Shown: positions 12,329-24,754, counted from the first letter of the whole stretch. The stretch is 62,027 bases of DNA, filler included, from Sphacelaria rigidula (GCA_964200075.2; 10 parts of 10 records of this genome joined end to end with filler, not necessarily neighbours in it); one strand, 5' to 3'. Notes: a model not told the origin generated them from the letters alone. Program-made: numbers and translations.

Positions 12329-12934
12329 NNNNNNNNNNNNNNNNNNNNNNNNNNNNNNNNNNNNNNNNNNNNTTAATTAATTAANNNNNNNNNNNNNNNN
12401 NNNNNNNNNNNNNNNNNNNNNNNNNNNNCGGGGGGGGGGGGGGAGCAAGGGGGTGGGGGAGCTTTGGGGGGGGGGGGGGGGGGGGGGGGGTGGAGTTCCG
12501 TGCAAGATCTTTACCAGCACTACAAGTGCGATTCTGTTTGCCAGCGCTTTCATCTCAACCTTCAATCAACGAAATCCTTGCATGTTTACAGGCTGTCACA
12601 TCTTGTTCATTATACGATAGTAATCGACAGGCCCATCATCTGTGTGAGGCTTTTGGATTGATGCCAAGGAGATAAAGGTGACTTGCAGCCCCGGGACCAC
12701 CCCCCTTGCCTTCCGCGTATCATCGGCACACCGGCAGGCGCGACCAGCATGGTCATCAGCAGCCAAGAACCACGCCTAAAATAACATAATATCTATTTTG
12801 CTCCTTGTGAGCTCTGGTGCATCAACGGTAAATGAAAACTGAAAACGATATTTTTACAACGCACGGATTCCAAATGTATATATATATATATATATAACAT
12901 TCTCATGTTCATTATTTCATTCCCATCATGTAGT

Positions 12935-13302
12935 AGCCGGTCGCCCGGGTGGCTCAGTTGGTAACGTCGAAACCCTCTGACGGTTGAGAGGTGGGTTCGA
13001 ATCTCGGTGAAGTCACACGATCTGGGATTTTTCCTCACATGACGCCCAACACTAGAGAGCGACGACGTGGAGGGTACACAATATTGCGGTCGATGCGGGA
13101 AAGGGACCGCTGCACCCTTCTCGCGATTTAGAAAAGAAATAGGGCAAGCATCGCAAAATGAAGGTGGAGTGCCAAAGCAAAGCAAACCAAACCAAACTCC
13201 CCTGTGTTGACCTCCCTCCTGTGTGACCCCGAACAATGCGCTCACATGTACCAAAAGGTGTAGACTGGCGTTCCAGAATAGACGGGATAACAACACACAC
13301 AC
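12935..13302 (+). mobile_element. tRNA-derived SINE family A, full-length
   Basis: A box TGGCTCAGTTGG, B box GGTTCGAATCTC, conserved body, and a tail ...CCAGAATAGACGGGATAACAACACACAC. Confidence 0.88.
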
Positions 13303-14578
13303 CATACACAGATTTACGTTTCACCCATCCCCTTCCTCGGGAAGAACCCATGGTCCCAAGAGATCTACCCATCCCTGCACGGTACGTGTGTGCCACAAAA
13401 AATGTTGCAGCCATTCGAGTGCGATGGATAAGTCATCATGTTTTGTTGCGTGTGTTACCCATTTGATGGATGATTCACCCAGTGAATAACCGTTGGCCGA
13501 AGGCTTCAGTTTTGTTGCGTTCGTTACGCAACACTCACCGGTTTAGAGGTCAAAAAAAGCTTGCTTTGCGGAGCTGTAGGTCGGGGGTTGGATCCCCGGA
13601 CGCTACACACACGTTACCTTCGCGCACAAACATTACTGGAAAATGACTTTACCAAACCCTCCTCCAGGAGACTGTGATTTGGATCATGACCCTGCCCTGT
13701 TTCACTACTTTTTTACCTAGCCCTTGACCTGAACTGGATCCCTGAGCGATCAATTAGTTGGCCTTGAACGGATTTAGGCTTGCTCGGGGCAAGCACGCCT
13801 CTGAGTCGCAACTGGAGAGCCGTTGAGCTCAATAGTACCCATTTTTCGGTTGGAACGGCTACTCACTACATATAGGCGGAAATTGAAGATACAGCTTCGA
13901 CCTCCCCATTTTTTCCCGTTCCTTCTTTTTCTCAGAGCGTGTTTCAGCTTCGTTTTTGTTGTGTACGTCTATCATGAAACCACGTCTGGACCCCTGGGGG
14001 GTCAGTTGAAGTGCGATAATCAATCAATCAATCAATCGATCAGAGCATGAGGAGCGATCTGCACGAAATCCAGAGTGATAACAGCTTCCAGACCTTTCGA
14101 TGGGAGACGTACAAGACTCTCAACTAGCGCCAACTTTGACAATGGCATCACGTACTCAAGGGGACTGAACTAGACTAGGAACGTAGCGCAAAACTGGTCT
14201 TGCTTGTTTGCGGTAGGAAATCGTACTGTCGAAGCTATATGGTAGGCGACGGAGTAAAGCCCGCTTGAGATAGTGCAAAATTACCCTGAAACTCTCGCAG
14301 GAGTCTCCAGAAAATGAAACCCCCACATTCCTTGGAAATCGTACGTATCGAAACATCTTGATGACGCGTATTGAACTCCACATTCCTTACAAATCTGACG
14401 CATCGAAACACCTTGAAGACGCGTATTGATTGAATGATGTATTTTTCGGTGGCGTGTCCGGACGATGTAGTCACACCGCAGCTGATATCGAAGAAATTGT
14501 GTCGAAATTCGTCACCCCTCACGGTTGTCATACTCCATAGGTAAATTAGTTATTATGGTCAAGCCGCGAGGGGGGAGG

Positions 14579-14637
14579 AAGGGGGGGTGTACTCATGATC
14601 TTGCATGCCGTAGTCATATGACCGTTGATCTTGCAGG
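14579..14637 (-). mobile_element. C-tailed LINE 3' fragment (subfamily II)
   Basis: Minus strand GATCAACGGTCATATGACTACGGCATGCAAGATCATGAGTACACCCCCCC, flanked by an imperfect direct repeat (plus strand CGCGAGGGGGGAGG / CGCGACGGGGGAGG). Confidence 0.82.
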
Positions 14638-14702
14638 CGCGACGGGGGAGGGGGGTACACCCGTTTTGAGGTGGGTAACCCTGATAAACCACATAGATTG
14701 GC

Positions 14703-14995
14703 CGCCGCGCCCCGGTGGTGTACTGTAATAGTCCGACTGACACCATTAAGGTGGAGAGAACGTGAATTCGATACCCGATGCGTTGTGCTTCGCCTTCGAG
14801 TTATCTGATTTCCACTCCCTAAACTGCGAGTGCGTGAGTAAACGAAAAGTAGATGGCTGAGTTTATTTGACGAGACTTGACGCGTTGCGGGAATGGTGGT
14901 CCAACCCGCGAGACCAAAATTCAGGGGGTGTATTGGGGAGAGATGGCTTTATCCCTTGGGACCACGGAGTCGTCTCGAGGAAGGGGAGGGGTTCC
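14703..14995 (+). mobile_element. tRNA-derived SINE family B
   Basis: Head CCGCGCCCCGGTGGTGTA...GAATTCGATACC. 3' part GAGAGATGGCTTTATCCCTTGGGACCACGGAGTCGTCTCGAGGAAGGGGAGGGG is shared with 29853-30112 and 43492-43760. Confidence 0.75.
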
Positions 14996-16362
14996 AAGTA
15001 CTACAACAACATGAAACAACAATGGTGACAGTAAGTAGTAGGTACTCTGTCAAGATTTCTACCGTATTTTCAAAGTTTTTCGTTTACATTGGGTCACTCA
15101 CAGTCCACGATGCCGTTGTTCCCGCAGGTCAGGCTGGAGCAGCAGTGCCCATCGTTGCGACACGCTTCGAACTCGTGCGAGCAGTTCGTCAACACCAACG
15201 AGCATTCTTCGCATACGTGGGTGGTACAGGAGATGAGGAGTTCCGCGACAACAAACACGGGGCGCGAGGACAAAACAACGTACTTATCTGACGGAGGTGG
15301 GATGAGCAGTGACAATTATCCATGTTTTTGTTTTGGTTGCTATACGTGCATGTGGAAACAAAGCACAGCACGAACACAGTGCGAGACTGCAGGCTTTGTC
15401 GGTGGGGCACATTTCGCCTTCGCAAAAACAGGTCGATGCGAGCAATGAGTGATCTGTTTGAGCCTCGATGTTAGATGTTGACTGAGCGATATCGATGTTG
15501 GCGCTCGTCACCATGAGTTAATGCCATGGTAAAACCTTGTTGTCTGACTTTACCTACCCTTAGGAGACCTTCACAAGTCACAAATGCTCTCTCACTCGCT
15601 CGCATTTTCGCACTATACTCCCCCGTTTAGGGGAACTAGGAATTTATTTTTCAGCCACAACTGTGTAAACCACGGTAAAAAACTTCCGAACGGTGGCGTT
15701 CACTCGACAAGACCTCTGCGGCAGGCTATGCCATACATAACGCACCAAGCGCTACGCCTCGGAGGCGTATGTTGATAGCAATCGTTAATTGAAAGTAGTA
15801 GGTGAATATAAATCCTCGAATATTTGAGACGCCGTGAATTACAAAACGGTTTCGTAAATCATCTGCTCATATGCCGCTACCGACGCCTCTGACTTCAATC
15901 ACACACTCACTCTTGTCGACGCACTCTAGCCCTCTGCAGCACCCGGTGTTGCTCGAACAAGCGCTGTTTTCCCACCCGCACGTTGACGAGGATCCGGATC
16001 CTGCTCCACGAGCACACATTTTCACGCCGGTGATGGAGACACCGACGATAACGAATCGAGACGACAGGTGATGATATGTCTCAAGTACTGGAGTTGATCA
16101 ACTGAACTCGATGGACAGTCGGGAAATCGACGCGGCAGGGAATTCTACGCGACGTCAAAAAGATTGAATAGGCCAAAGTGCACGGTGCAGGCTCTCTCCA
16201 GCAGAGTCCCCATCGTCCTTACTAATCCAACGGAGACGCACGACCTCTGCAAACTTCGTCAGTTCAGGTGTTGCGCTGATGCTGTCAGCTGCGCCGAGTG
16301 CTCCGCCGACGCGTAGATACACGACGTCTGCCAGTGCATATACACCACGTTTTGTTCCAACG

Positions 16363-16748
16363 CGCACGGAGTCCTCCTCGTTGCACACGAGACCCTCCCC
16401 ATCGCACAGGAGATTCTCCTGGTTGCGCTTGAGTTTCTTAACCTTTTTCACACGAGGTTGCCCCGGTTCCACATGTGGTTGCACCGGTTCCACATGAGAT
16501 TTTCCCGGTGGCACACGAGGTGTTCGCGGTCACAGACAAGGTCGTTCCGGGTACGCGCAAGGTTGTCCAGACTGCACACGAGGTCCTTTCGGTTACAAAT
16601 GAGGCTATTCCGATCACATTTACGAGGTCGTCTTGGTTACAAACGACGCGATTCTCCTCTGTGCACTCGAGATCATCCCGAGTTCCACACGAGGTTCTCC
16701 CGGTTACAAACCAGGTTCTCCCGAACACACGGGGATGTCCTGGTTCGC
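16363..16748. repeat. Degenerate ~21-bp minisatellite (about 18 units, consensus ~CACACGAGGTTNTCCCGGTTN), probably intronic
   Basis: Consecutive units such as CACACGAGGTTGCCCCGGTTC, CACATGTGGTTGCACCGGTTC, CACATGAGATTTTCCCGGTGG, CACACGAGGTGTTCGCGGTCA. Confidence 0.8.
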
Positions 16749-16820
16749 GCAACACGGCGTTAGGGATGGGTTCGGATCGATCAGTTGGTCGAGGGCGGTT
16801 CCGGAGTCGCACGGACTTAC

Positions 16821-16999
16821 CAATGCTGTAGACGTTCATGGCATTTCGGCCGCCACACATCATGTCTCCATCGCCGCTGCAGGGCATCGTGCAGGCGTCC
16901 GACAAACCGTGCTTATCGATGGCGCTCGAGTCAGGTCCACACCAGCACTGCAGTGCAAGTAGCCGAGGGGTGGAGAGGGGGTCACACACACACACACAC

Positions 17000-17035
<36 letters not shown>

Positions 17036-18128
17036 GGATTCACCATTTGCATCCGACTCCGTTCACATTCACCTGTTAGAATAATAGTGACCACGTACAA
17101 CCTACAGCGACCAGCGTAAAAAAACATTTATTATTTTCCGTGAGCAAGCTCCGGGCCACGAACGATCTCGGCCATTCTTTCATGATACGACGACTTAGCG
17201 ACGATATCCAACGCTGCCTAGATGACTCTTGCTTCTGCCGTACCTCGTTTGCGAACTGAAGGCCGTAGTATGCGTTCACGGAGTTGGCCTCGCAGAGCAA
17301 CTTGCAGCTCTGTTGCATCAACAATTACGGGATCGCACAGAGGAACGCACAAAGAGAGGCACATCACTCGAGGCGAGAACGAAATCTGCAGACATAATGC
17401 ACAACAACACTGACTGTCCACGGCGGCGGTGGGTGGGTGTATGTTCCATTTAAATACGCACCACACAGAAGACAAGAGAACCAAAGTCGGGGGAGCAAAA
17501 AACACACCTGTAGACTGCTTCGGGTCTCGGGTCTCTCATCGAATATAGGGCTTTGTACCTGGCGTGGACAACAACTCTTCTCTCGTAACAGACCCCTGGA
17601 GATACAGAGGAGCAGATGAGGTCACTCTCCTCTGGTGCCACTGCGCAAGTAACAACCGTCTCCCGTCTATTCCAGACCGCGGGTTCAATGATTTCATGGC
17701 TAAGGCTTATAAACCGATGAATGATTTTTCGCACGACCCGTTAAACACGTGCTCTTTTCACGTATCCCACGCTCCTCAAACGATTCAAAGCTGGCCACGT
17801 GAGACTTTCGCTCATGCCATCAGATTGGTTCCATACTGTGGATGTTCATGAAAGTGTTGTGCGTGGTTTGTAGATGGTCGCGTGACATATTCCGTTTTGC
17901 GCTGTCGGTTCCGAACAGAATCACGGGAGAGCTGGCAAGTACATCCATCACAACTTCGCTCCTCCACCCTACCCCCTTGCCCCCATAAGCCTATTTCCAC
18001 AACAAAACATACCGCAGGGGTGACATCAGCAATGCCCTTGATGGCCTGGGTGAAAATGCGGTCACCGTTTTTGTCGTTGTAGCATTCACCGTTGGCGCCG
18101 ACAGTGGGGGACGGAGACGGCACGCATT
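16821..18128 (-). CDS. WSC (carbohydrate-binding) domain protein, partial; exons 18128-18013, 17309-17244, 16947-16821, with a possible further exon ~16328-16155
   Basis: Phase-compatible GT-AG exons give ECYNDKNGDRIF...VTPA/SCKLLCEANSVNAYYGLQFANE/CWCGPDSS...ACTMPCSGDGDMMCGGRNAMNVYS, the WSC cysteine pattern (CY.D, C...C, GLQ...ECWCG, C...C.GD....CGG). Confidence 0.9.
16983..17034. repeat. (CA)n microsatellite; others at 51760-51785 (SINE A tail) and 56098-56154
   Basis: Read directly from the sequence. Confidence 0.95.
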
Positions 18129-18641
18129 CTGCAAAAACGGGGAAGAACGACGAGCGGACGTATTCATTAACCCGTTCGATTCGAAGAGTTCTCGGATCTT
18201 CAAGGGTACCTCCAGCAGGGCCTGAGACGATAATCTGACCAGTCGCTGTACACGAGAAGTAGACAATTGGCGAAGAGGTATGTTCGCGTAGACAGACCTC
18301 TAATAGTATCGTCACAAGCCATGGTAATACTAGGACGTTTCTGTTAACCCTTGGACAGCGACACCCCCATAGGTGGACTGAGATGGACTACGTCACATAT
18401 GGATTCAGAATAGCTCATTTCTCGCTACACAAGACGCCTTTTTTTACAAACATGTGGACGTTTGGTATCTATATAGAACTAGCACGGTTAGGACAAATCA
18501 TCACGACTCAAAATCACCAAGTTCATCATTTCTTCGGCCTGNNNNNNNNNNNNNNNNNNNNNNNNNNNNNNNNNNNNNNNNNNNNTTAATTAATTAANNN
18601 NNNNNNNNNNNNNNNNNNNNNNNNNNNNNNNNNNNNNNNNN

Positions 18642-19235
18642 GGATTTTCCTGATCTTCGTTACAAACAAGTACCGCGCATCTGTTAACGTTCGCTGTCAC
18701 TCTCCATTTTCTAGTGTATTCTAGTGTCTTCTCTATTTGTTTTTGCCATTGTAGTTATTGTGGTGTTTTCTGATATCCCCACAAACTCATTCGCGAACTT
18801 CAATCCTGATACCATGTCTTCCCCCACCTTGACTCCTTGAGTTGCTGTTTCTATAGCTATCATTGAGTCACCAATGAACACTTTGAATAAAGTGGGTGAT
18901 AACGTACACCCAACTCCTTGTACCATTTCAAAATATTTCCATATTTTCCCGTCTAGCATCATAGCACTTTTTGCACACTGTCATATTCTTGACCGTTCTC
19001 GTCATCTTTCCTCTGATCCCAATTTCCCGCAACGTTTCCCTCAGCCCATTTCTCCATACTGTGTCGTAGGCCTTTTGTACGTCCAGAAAGAGACAGTACG
19101 TTGTCTGCCCAGCGTCTTTCCTACCTTCGATAATATTACCTAATGGGTACATATGGTCCACGCAACTACGGTTTGATCTAGAACCTGCTTGCCCCTCGCT
19201 GATTTTTTATTATTTTTCTAGCATCGATAAGGTGA
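18642..19235 (-). mobile_element. LINE reverse-transcriptase fragment, same family as 57327-61100
   Basis: FLDVQKAYDTVWRNGL, GV..GCTLSPTLFKVFI and GLKFANEFVG (decayed FADD); aligns by eye with 58560-59130. Confidence 0.9.
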
Positions 19236-21242
19236 GTATCGCAGTGAGTTTGTTGAATCGATACAAACAAAAATAGACCGTAAAAAGTACAGATGCACTC
19301 CATTCCCTACTTGATGAATTGAATACCGATTTCCGAAATCTGAATATCATGGTTCCGAGCCCTTTTTCTAATCGACGGGTAAATCCGAATCCCGACCCCG
19401 AATGATATTTCCATAATTAGTAGTATTCTCGGACCGGAAGGTTTAATCCGACGGATTCGTAGATTTCACCGCTCATGAGGCCGCCACCGCTACGGTTCGA
19501 ACCAGTAGCTACAATAGTGGTCAAACTGAAATAGGTGCGACTATGACCACGAGGTGAGGTGGCGGTGTGATAATATGATTGTGGCGCCATAAATTACATT
19601 ATCTTGACCGTTGTCCATGAGAGATATTTTGTTGCAAAGACGGGTGGGAAAAGAGTACCGTATTAACAAGTGAATACGTATATATACATATATATATATA
19701 TATAAGTGATATACGTATATGTGGATGTTTCAAGGATTTTGCCAGGCAGATATTTGGTTGTTGTCGCTACCCTTACAGCGCTCGCGCTCCCCTCCGTCCA
19801 TTTCACTACTCATCCGACCAGTTCGGCAATAACAGAAATCTATCAGGTACACAATTTATAAAAGCTACGTATTCATCAGAGTTTATGAGCCCCCTCTTTG
19901 TCAGGGGCTCCTGTAATGGTCGTCGGGTGATACAGTTATCATCGAAGGGAGTGGGGTCTATATTATTGTCTCTTCACCCGATTTTCTACGTGCGGATAGT
20001 ACAAAAAAAATACTTGAAACATATCTTCATATTCTTCTCGCTCGCTGCAAGAGGGCATAAATGTGTTTGGGCACAGAACAAGAGGCTGTTGTCACTGCAA
20101 GATCATCCGGTCAACACGATCATTCGGATGCGTTCACGTCAATAGTTCGAACTTGGATCGTTGCTATGAGACGGCTGATCAAGACAGTGCAGTCGAAGAA
20201 TTGAGAGGGCTACTCCAGGCACGGACAAGAGCCTGGGTAGAAAGGCTGTCGTTCGTTGAGGCTGCTCGGGAGACAACAAGCGGGCGGATAGAGAGGTCCG
20301 TCAGTGGAGACCAACCACCGTTTCTCAATAATTCTTCGGTCGCGGAGCGGGTAAGGTTTGCTTCCGGTCGTAGAGGTGGTGCCACCACCGATAGCCTGCT
20401 GCCAGCTATCGGTGAGGTTGATTGAAGGAGGTAGTACTTTCGCAATGAGTCCTAGGAAAATGAGCAGCATAAAAAAACTGCTGTCCCCAAGCTCGGAAGT
20501 AGTGTTAATTTTCCGTTATGGAAAATATGCTTTGAGGGTTCTGCTCTATCTAATAATTATATGCAGGCTTTTACTGCAGATATTGACATGCCCCTAGGTG
20601 ACCCCTCAGCCACTTCCCGTTTTTCGGTTGGCCAAGGTTTCAGTGAGACAAGCATCATAAGAGGAGCACGTATTTGACGGAGAGCACCACGGACCGTGGA
20701 TTATCAAGTACGGTATTTGACACGAACTCCCCGAGCGCATGCTGGCACCTTCTATGTAATTACTTTCTCCCGAGAACCCTCTCCGAAAAATCGAAGTTGG
20801 GAAGCGCCTTTCCAACGAGTTACAGATGGAGAAAAAGGAAGATCCGATGACGTTTTTCGCGCGCGTAGATAAGATCGTGGGTGTGCTAGTATCACTAGAA
20901 GTGCATATTAGGTCTGTCGAGGATGTGACCCTCAAGATAGTTGACGTACTCACAGGCGATTACGAGTACGAACAGCGTACAATCTTGTACAGAGACAACA
21001 TCACCCGAGCAGAGATAGAGGCTGTTGTCAGACAGAGATACACGCTCATGTCTAGGAATGGTACGAAGAACCGTAGCGTAGGGCAAGCTCTCGTTACGAG
21101 CAAGTCCACCCGCCGAAATCGAAATCAAGAGAGCGTTAAAGGTGGTACGGGTGTTTCCAGGGGTACTGTAACCGACAACAACGACCAGAACAGCAGTACA
21201 AAAAATGTAGGCAAGAAGTACGACGACATGCGAGACAAGTGT

Positions 21243-21604
21243 GACACTTTCTATGATAGCCCCTCCCAAAAAAACCAGCCTGGTCCGGCGAAAACCCGGC
21301 GTGCTCCGTCCCGGCTTTGTAGGGATGCGAGGTCAATGGTCATACGACTATAGCATGCATGATCATGAGTACACCCCAAAACCAGCCCAAAAGTGTCCCG
21401 AAAAAAATGGTAATACAGCGCCTGTTGTTTGGGTTCAAGCTGCATTAAGCGCCTCACATGGGCGACATTTATTTGCGAGAACGAACCCATGCGTGGGAAT
21501 TTCCAGCTGCTCGTTGTGCTCGGCTTTTTCCATTTCGATTTACGTGAACATTTTGCCTCCCCAAGCCAGGCACTTTTTTGGGGAGGGCTATCGTAGAAAG
21601 TGTC
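21243..21604. mobile_element. MITE family S1 (TIR GACACTTTCTAYGATAGCCCC), 4-bp TSD GTGT, Sola-like
   Basis: Left end GACACTTTCTATGATAGCCCCTCCC; right end GGGGAGGGCTATCGTAGAAAGTGTC. GTGT at 21239-21242 and 21605-21608. Excision restores the copia zinc knuckle DKCYRCLEPGH. Confidence 0.92.
21281..21377 (+). mobile_element. C-tailed LINE 3' fragment (subfamily II) nested in the MITE
   Basis: Ends GATCATGAGTACACCCC. Direct repeat AAAACCAGCC at 21271-21280 and 21378-21387. The MITE copy at 41018-41273 lacks this insert (empty site CCCCCCCAAAACCAGCCC). Confidence 0.9.
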
Positions 21605-24600
21605 GTGTTATCGTTGCTTAGAGCCAGGACATCGATGGTTCGACTGTACCGCACACGTCATCCCGGCCACGAAGATATCACAAAGTGGCTCTGCGGTGCT
21701 ATCATAGCGTGCTTATCGATTGATATCCGAGAATGTAAGGAGGGTGCGGTGGGAAAGCGTGATAGCAGTAAAGATGGTAGTGAAAGGTGGATAGCTGATA
21801 GTGGAGCAATATTTCATATGACTAAATCAGCTGAATTGCCCCGTGATGTGCAACCATCAGAGGACAAGGGTAAAATCGGTAATAACACCCTCATCGACGT
21901 TGAGGTTCATGGGTGGTTGACTGTACGAGGAGTAACAGTAAGGCTTGACAAGGTCGCATACGTACCCGATTCAGCTTTCAACCTAGTCTCATCGGTGGCT
22001 GCGCACACACAAAGAGTAGGCTTCTCGACTGATGACTCGGATATGAGTGTAACCCTACTGGATGGATGTCTGAGGTTTTGGTGGATCTGGATACCCAACG
22101 TATGGTAAAAAAATTGATCCTGGTAATGACTTCTGTACATCCCCTCTCCCTTGTTGGTTCCCGAGTCTGTCGAAATTTCAGTACAACTTAATCGCCGTAT
22201 CCCCCTGGCGTTCCCTGTGGTAGCCCGCGGTAGTGCTGACTCACGCGAGACCGCCGCAGACATCAACGTTTTCCACTGCGTGCAGGGACATGTCAATGAA
22301 TTTATGTGGAAAGAGACACCAAACTCGCTAGGTATAAAGTTACTGGGTAACGTGAGACAGTGTACAGGATACTCTATGACAAAGGGGTATCGGAAGCCGA
22401 TTGCAACAGCGCGGTTCCTCGTGCTCCACAAAAGCTTGAAAGAGTCTTTGTTGATCTTAGTGGTCCCAAGAGAACTTCTTCATGGCTAGGGAAGAAAATT
22501 GTCATGATAGTGAAGAACGATTTTACCCGGTGCGTATGGGTATACTTTCTCGAGCATAAGTCTGGTACCGCTGATGCCTTCAGGAAGTTTTTGGCTGATG
22601 TACGTGCGGATGGTGTACCTTCGGAAGTGATACTAGTTAGGTCTGACGACGGAGGAGAGTTTTTTGTGGTGATTTTGAAGACGTGTGTGGGCACTGCTGC
22701 ATCGAGCAGGAATTCACAGCGTGAAGTGTCCGGAACTAGATGGCGTTGCCGAGAGAGCTCTAGGTATGATTCAAAACGCCGTACTTGCCGCTCGCATCTA
22801 AGCCCCCATCCTCTTTACTCATGTCGAGCTGCCACCATCGGAGACCCTCTGCGCTGAGGCGATATACTGGGCGTGTGACGCCCTGAATCACACCGCGACG
22901 ATGTCCAACCTAGGTAAAAAGTCGCCCTTCGATATGTGGCACGGTAAGGCAGCACCTGCATCACCACACGTGTTTTTTCATCCGGGTTATTACCGCTGGA
23001 ACCGACCGTCAAAGTCGTTCCCCCAAGTGTGAGAGTAGCTTCTACCTCGGGTCCGGCATCGGCTACCCCCGCGGTTCATCGGGGATGCTGACGTGGGCAG
23101 AGAAAGTAGTAGAGACGAGGGACGTCGCCTTGGAGGCGCCGCCGGTCATCGTGGTGCCGCCGGTACAGTTGAAGCCGCCAGCTTCGCCAAAACTGGCAGG
23201 GGCGTCGGAGCTGGGAGGGACGTCACCGCCGCGAGGGACATTGGAGCTGGGAGAGACTCTAGAGCCGAGAGGGTTGGATGATTTCGATTTTGCTCCACCG
23301 ACTCCGGGGAGAGTAATTCCCCATCAGCGTCGAGTGACGTCTCTGGCGAAGAGTGCAGACTATGGTGGTGAAGGTGAGCGGGGTTCTCTTGGCGATGAAA
23401 ATAAGCCGGCCCCCGACAACGCAACTGCTTCTTCAGGTATTTATTCGCCATCGGTGAGTAGTGAGCTGTCTGTCGATGGTGATCTATTAGTCGAGAGGAG
23501 CGGTTCGCCTTCGTCGGACGAAAGGGTTCCAGTTTCAACGGCATCGCAGACTGCGAAGCGCCGACTTGAGTCAAATCTGGTTAGATCTGGAAATGGCGAG
23601 GAGCTTGGGCGAACCAGAGCGCAGACGCGAGCGCTCAATCGAAAACCGTCTGGGCTACGCGTAGGGCCCGATGAAGGGAGGAAAGTAATATATGGGTTGC
23701 TGGCGGTACAAAAGGTTATCCGTAAGCTGGACAAACTCCCTTGATGTTTCGTCAGGGAAGCGGTGCCGGAGTCGTTGTCGTACCCTGCGGCGTGTTCATC
23801 ACAATACTCGGATGTGTGGATGGAGACGATGAAGATAAAGCTCGACGGACTCATGGCTGCCGGAACGTTTGCGGAGATGACTGGTATTCCTGAGAAGTGC
23901 AACATTGCGGACGCGAAGTGGTTGTATATGTGGAAGGATGATTCACATGGTGTGGTTGACAGAGGAAAAGTCTGTATGTTAGCTTTAGGGTGCAGTCAAA
24001 TAGAGGGAGTAGACTGGTTTGAAAAACATTCCTACGGCATCTGCTACTTCAAACAGATTAGTGATGGCTATGGCATGGTTGCTAGAACGGGATTTGAGGC
24101 ACTTAGATGTAGACCAGGCTTCCATTCAGGCGGAGTTGGACACCGATTTCTACTTGCACCTGCCCCCCGGTTGTGGATCAGTGCGTGTTAACGAGACTTT
24201 GTACGGATTGACACAGCAGAGGGGTAGTGCGTGGTACCAAATTTTGTCGCCAACCCTGGTGGAGTGTGGTTTCGAGAAATGCTTGGTAGATCTCTGTGTG
24301 GTTTGATTGAGAGCTGCTTGTGACGTCGTGGCGATGATGGTCTACCATGCAAACGACATCATGATAGCAGCTACTGAGGAGTTGACTAAGGTGATAGTCG
24401 GTGCAGTCGATCAGGGATCCCCACTGGACCTCTAAACATCTCAGGGTGGTAGAGTGGTACATGGGGAGTGAGCACAAATGGGACCGGGAGAAAGGTACTT
24501 TGGAAATTCCACAGACCCACTTCATTAGGAGGGTGCTCAATCGTTTTGACGTCTCGAAGACTAGCCCCGTTCCAGCTACCCCTTCCTTAGACCTCAGGCA

Positions 24601-24681
24601 TGCAAGCGAGGAGACCTTGGTGGATGTACCTTTCCGTGAAATCGTAGGGAGCTTGATGTGGATAGCGAACCAGACAAGGTC

Positions 24682-24754
24682 TGTGACGAAATATCGCCTA
24701 CATGATGTGCTATGTAGTGATCAGCAGGATGATGACCGTTGACTGTGTAGTGAT
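24682..24754. mobile_element. Probable start of another LTR inserted into the copia RT, cut by the contig end
   Basis: Copia coding similarity stops abruptly after IANQTR, and the new sequence begins TGTGACG (TG start). Confidence 0.4.

Larger units (their letters stand above)
19600..24681 (+). mobile_element. Decayed Ty1/copia LTR retrotransposon (gag-PR-INT-RT), 5' limit approximate; primer-binding-site-like GTTTATGAGCCCC at 19881-19893
   Basis: gag (EDPMTFFARVDKIV), CCHC knuckle C-YRCLEPGHRWFDC (split by a MITE), protease WIADSGAIFHMT, integrase RVFVDLSG and VRSDDGGEF, RT KWLY, HLDVDQA, LYGLTQ and PFREIVGSLMW. Many frameshifts. The GGTTATGRGCCC-type site is known from copia elements. Confidence 0.92.

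Noticed and set aside
12429..12490. Long G/C homopolymers (also 53961-53987, 56403-56446) as tails of the C-tailed LINE
   Set aside because: No adjacent TGAGTAC terminus was found. Lengths near contig edges may also be inflated by sequencing artefacts, so they were not counted.
12935..13015. tRNA genes (also ~1240-1315, 29853-29920, 47800-47875, 27945-27975, 13540-13605)
   Set aside because: A/B boxes are present but there is no intact cloverleaf or acceptor stem. Most continue into a shared SINE body, so these are SINE heads or relics.
16363..16748. CRISPR-like array
   Set aside because: The units are contiguous and degenerate with no unique spacers, the context is eukaryotic, and there are no cas genes.
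16438..17127. 229-aa ORF as a single protein; CVCVCV/HTHTHT and poly-Gly ORFs elsewhere
   Set aside because: These are read-throughs of introns and microsatellites. Only 16821-16947 is exonic here.
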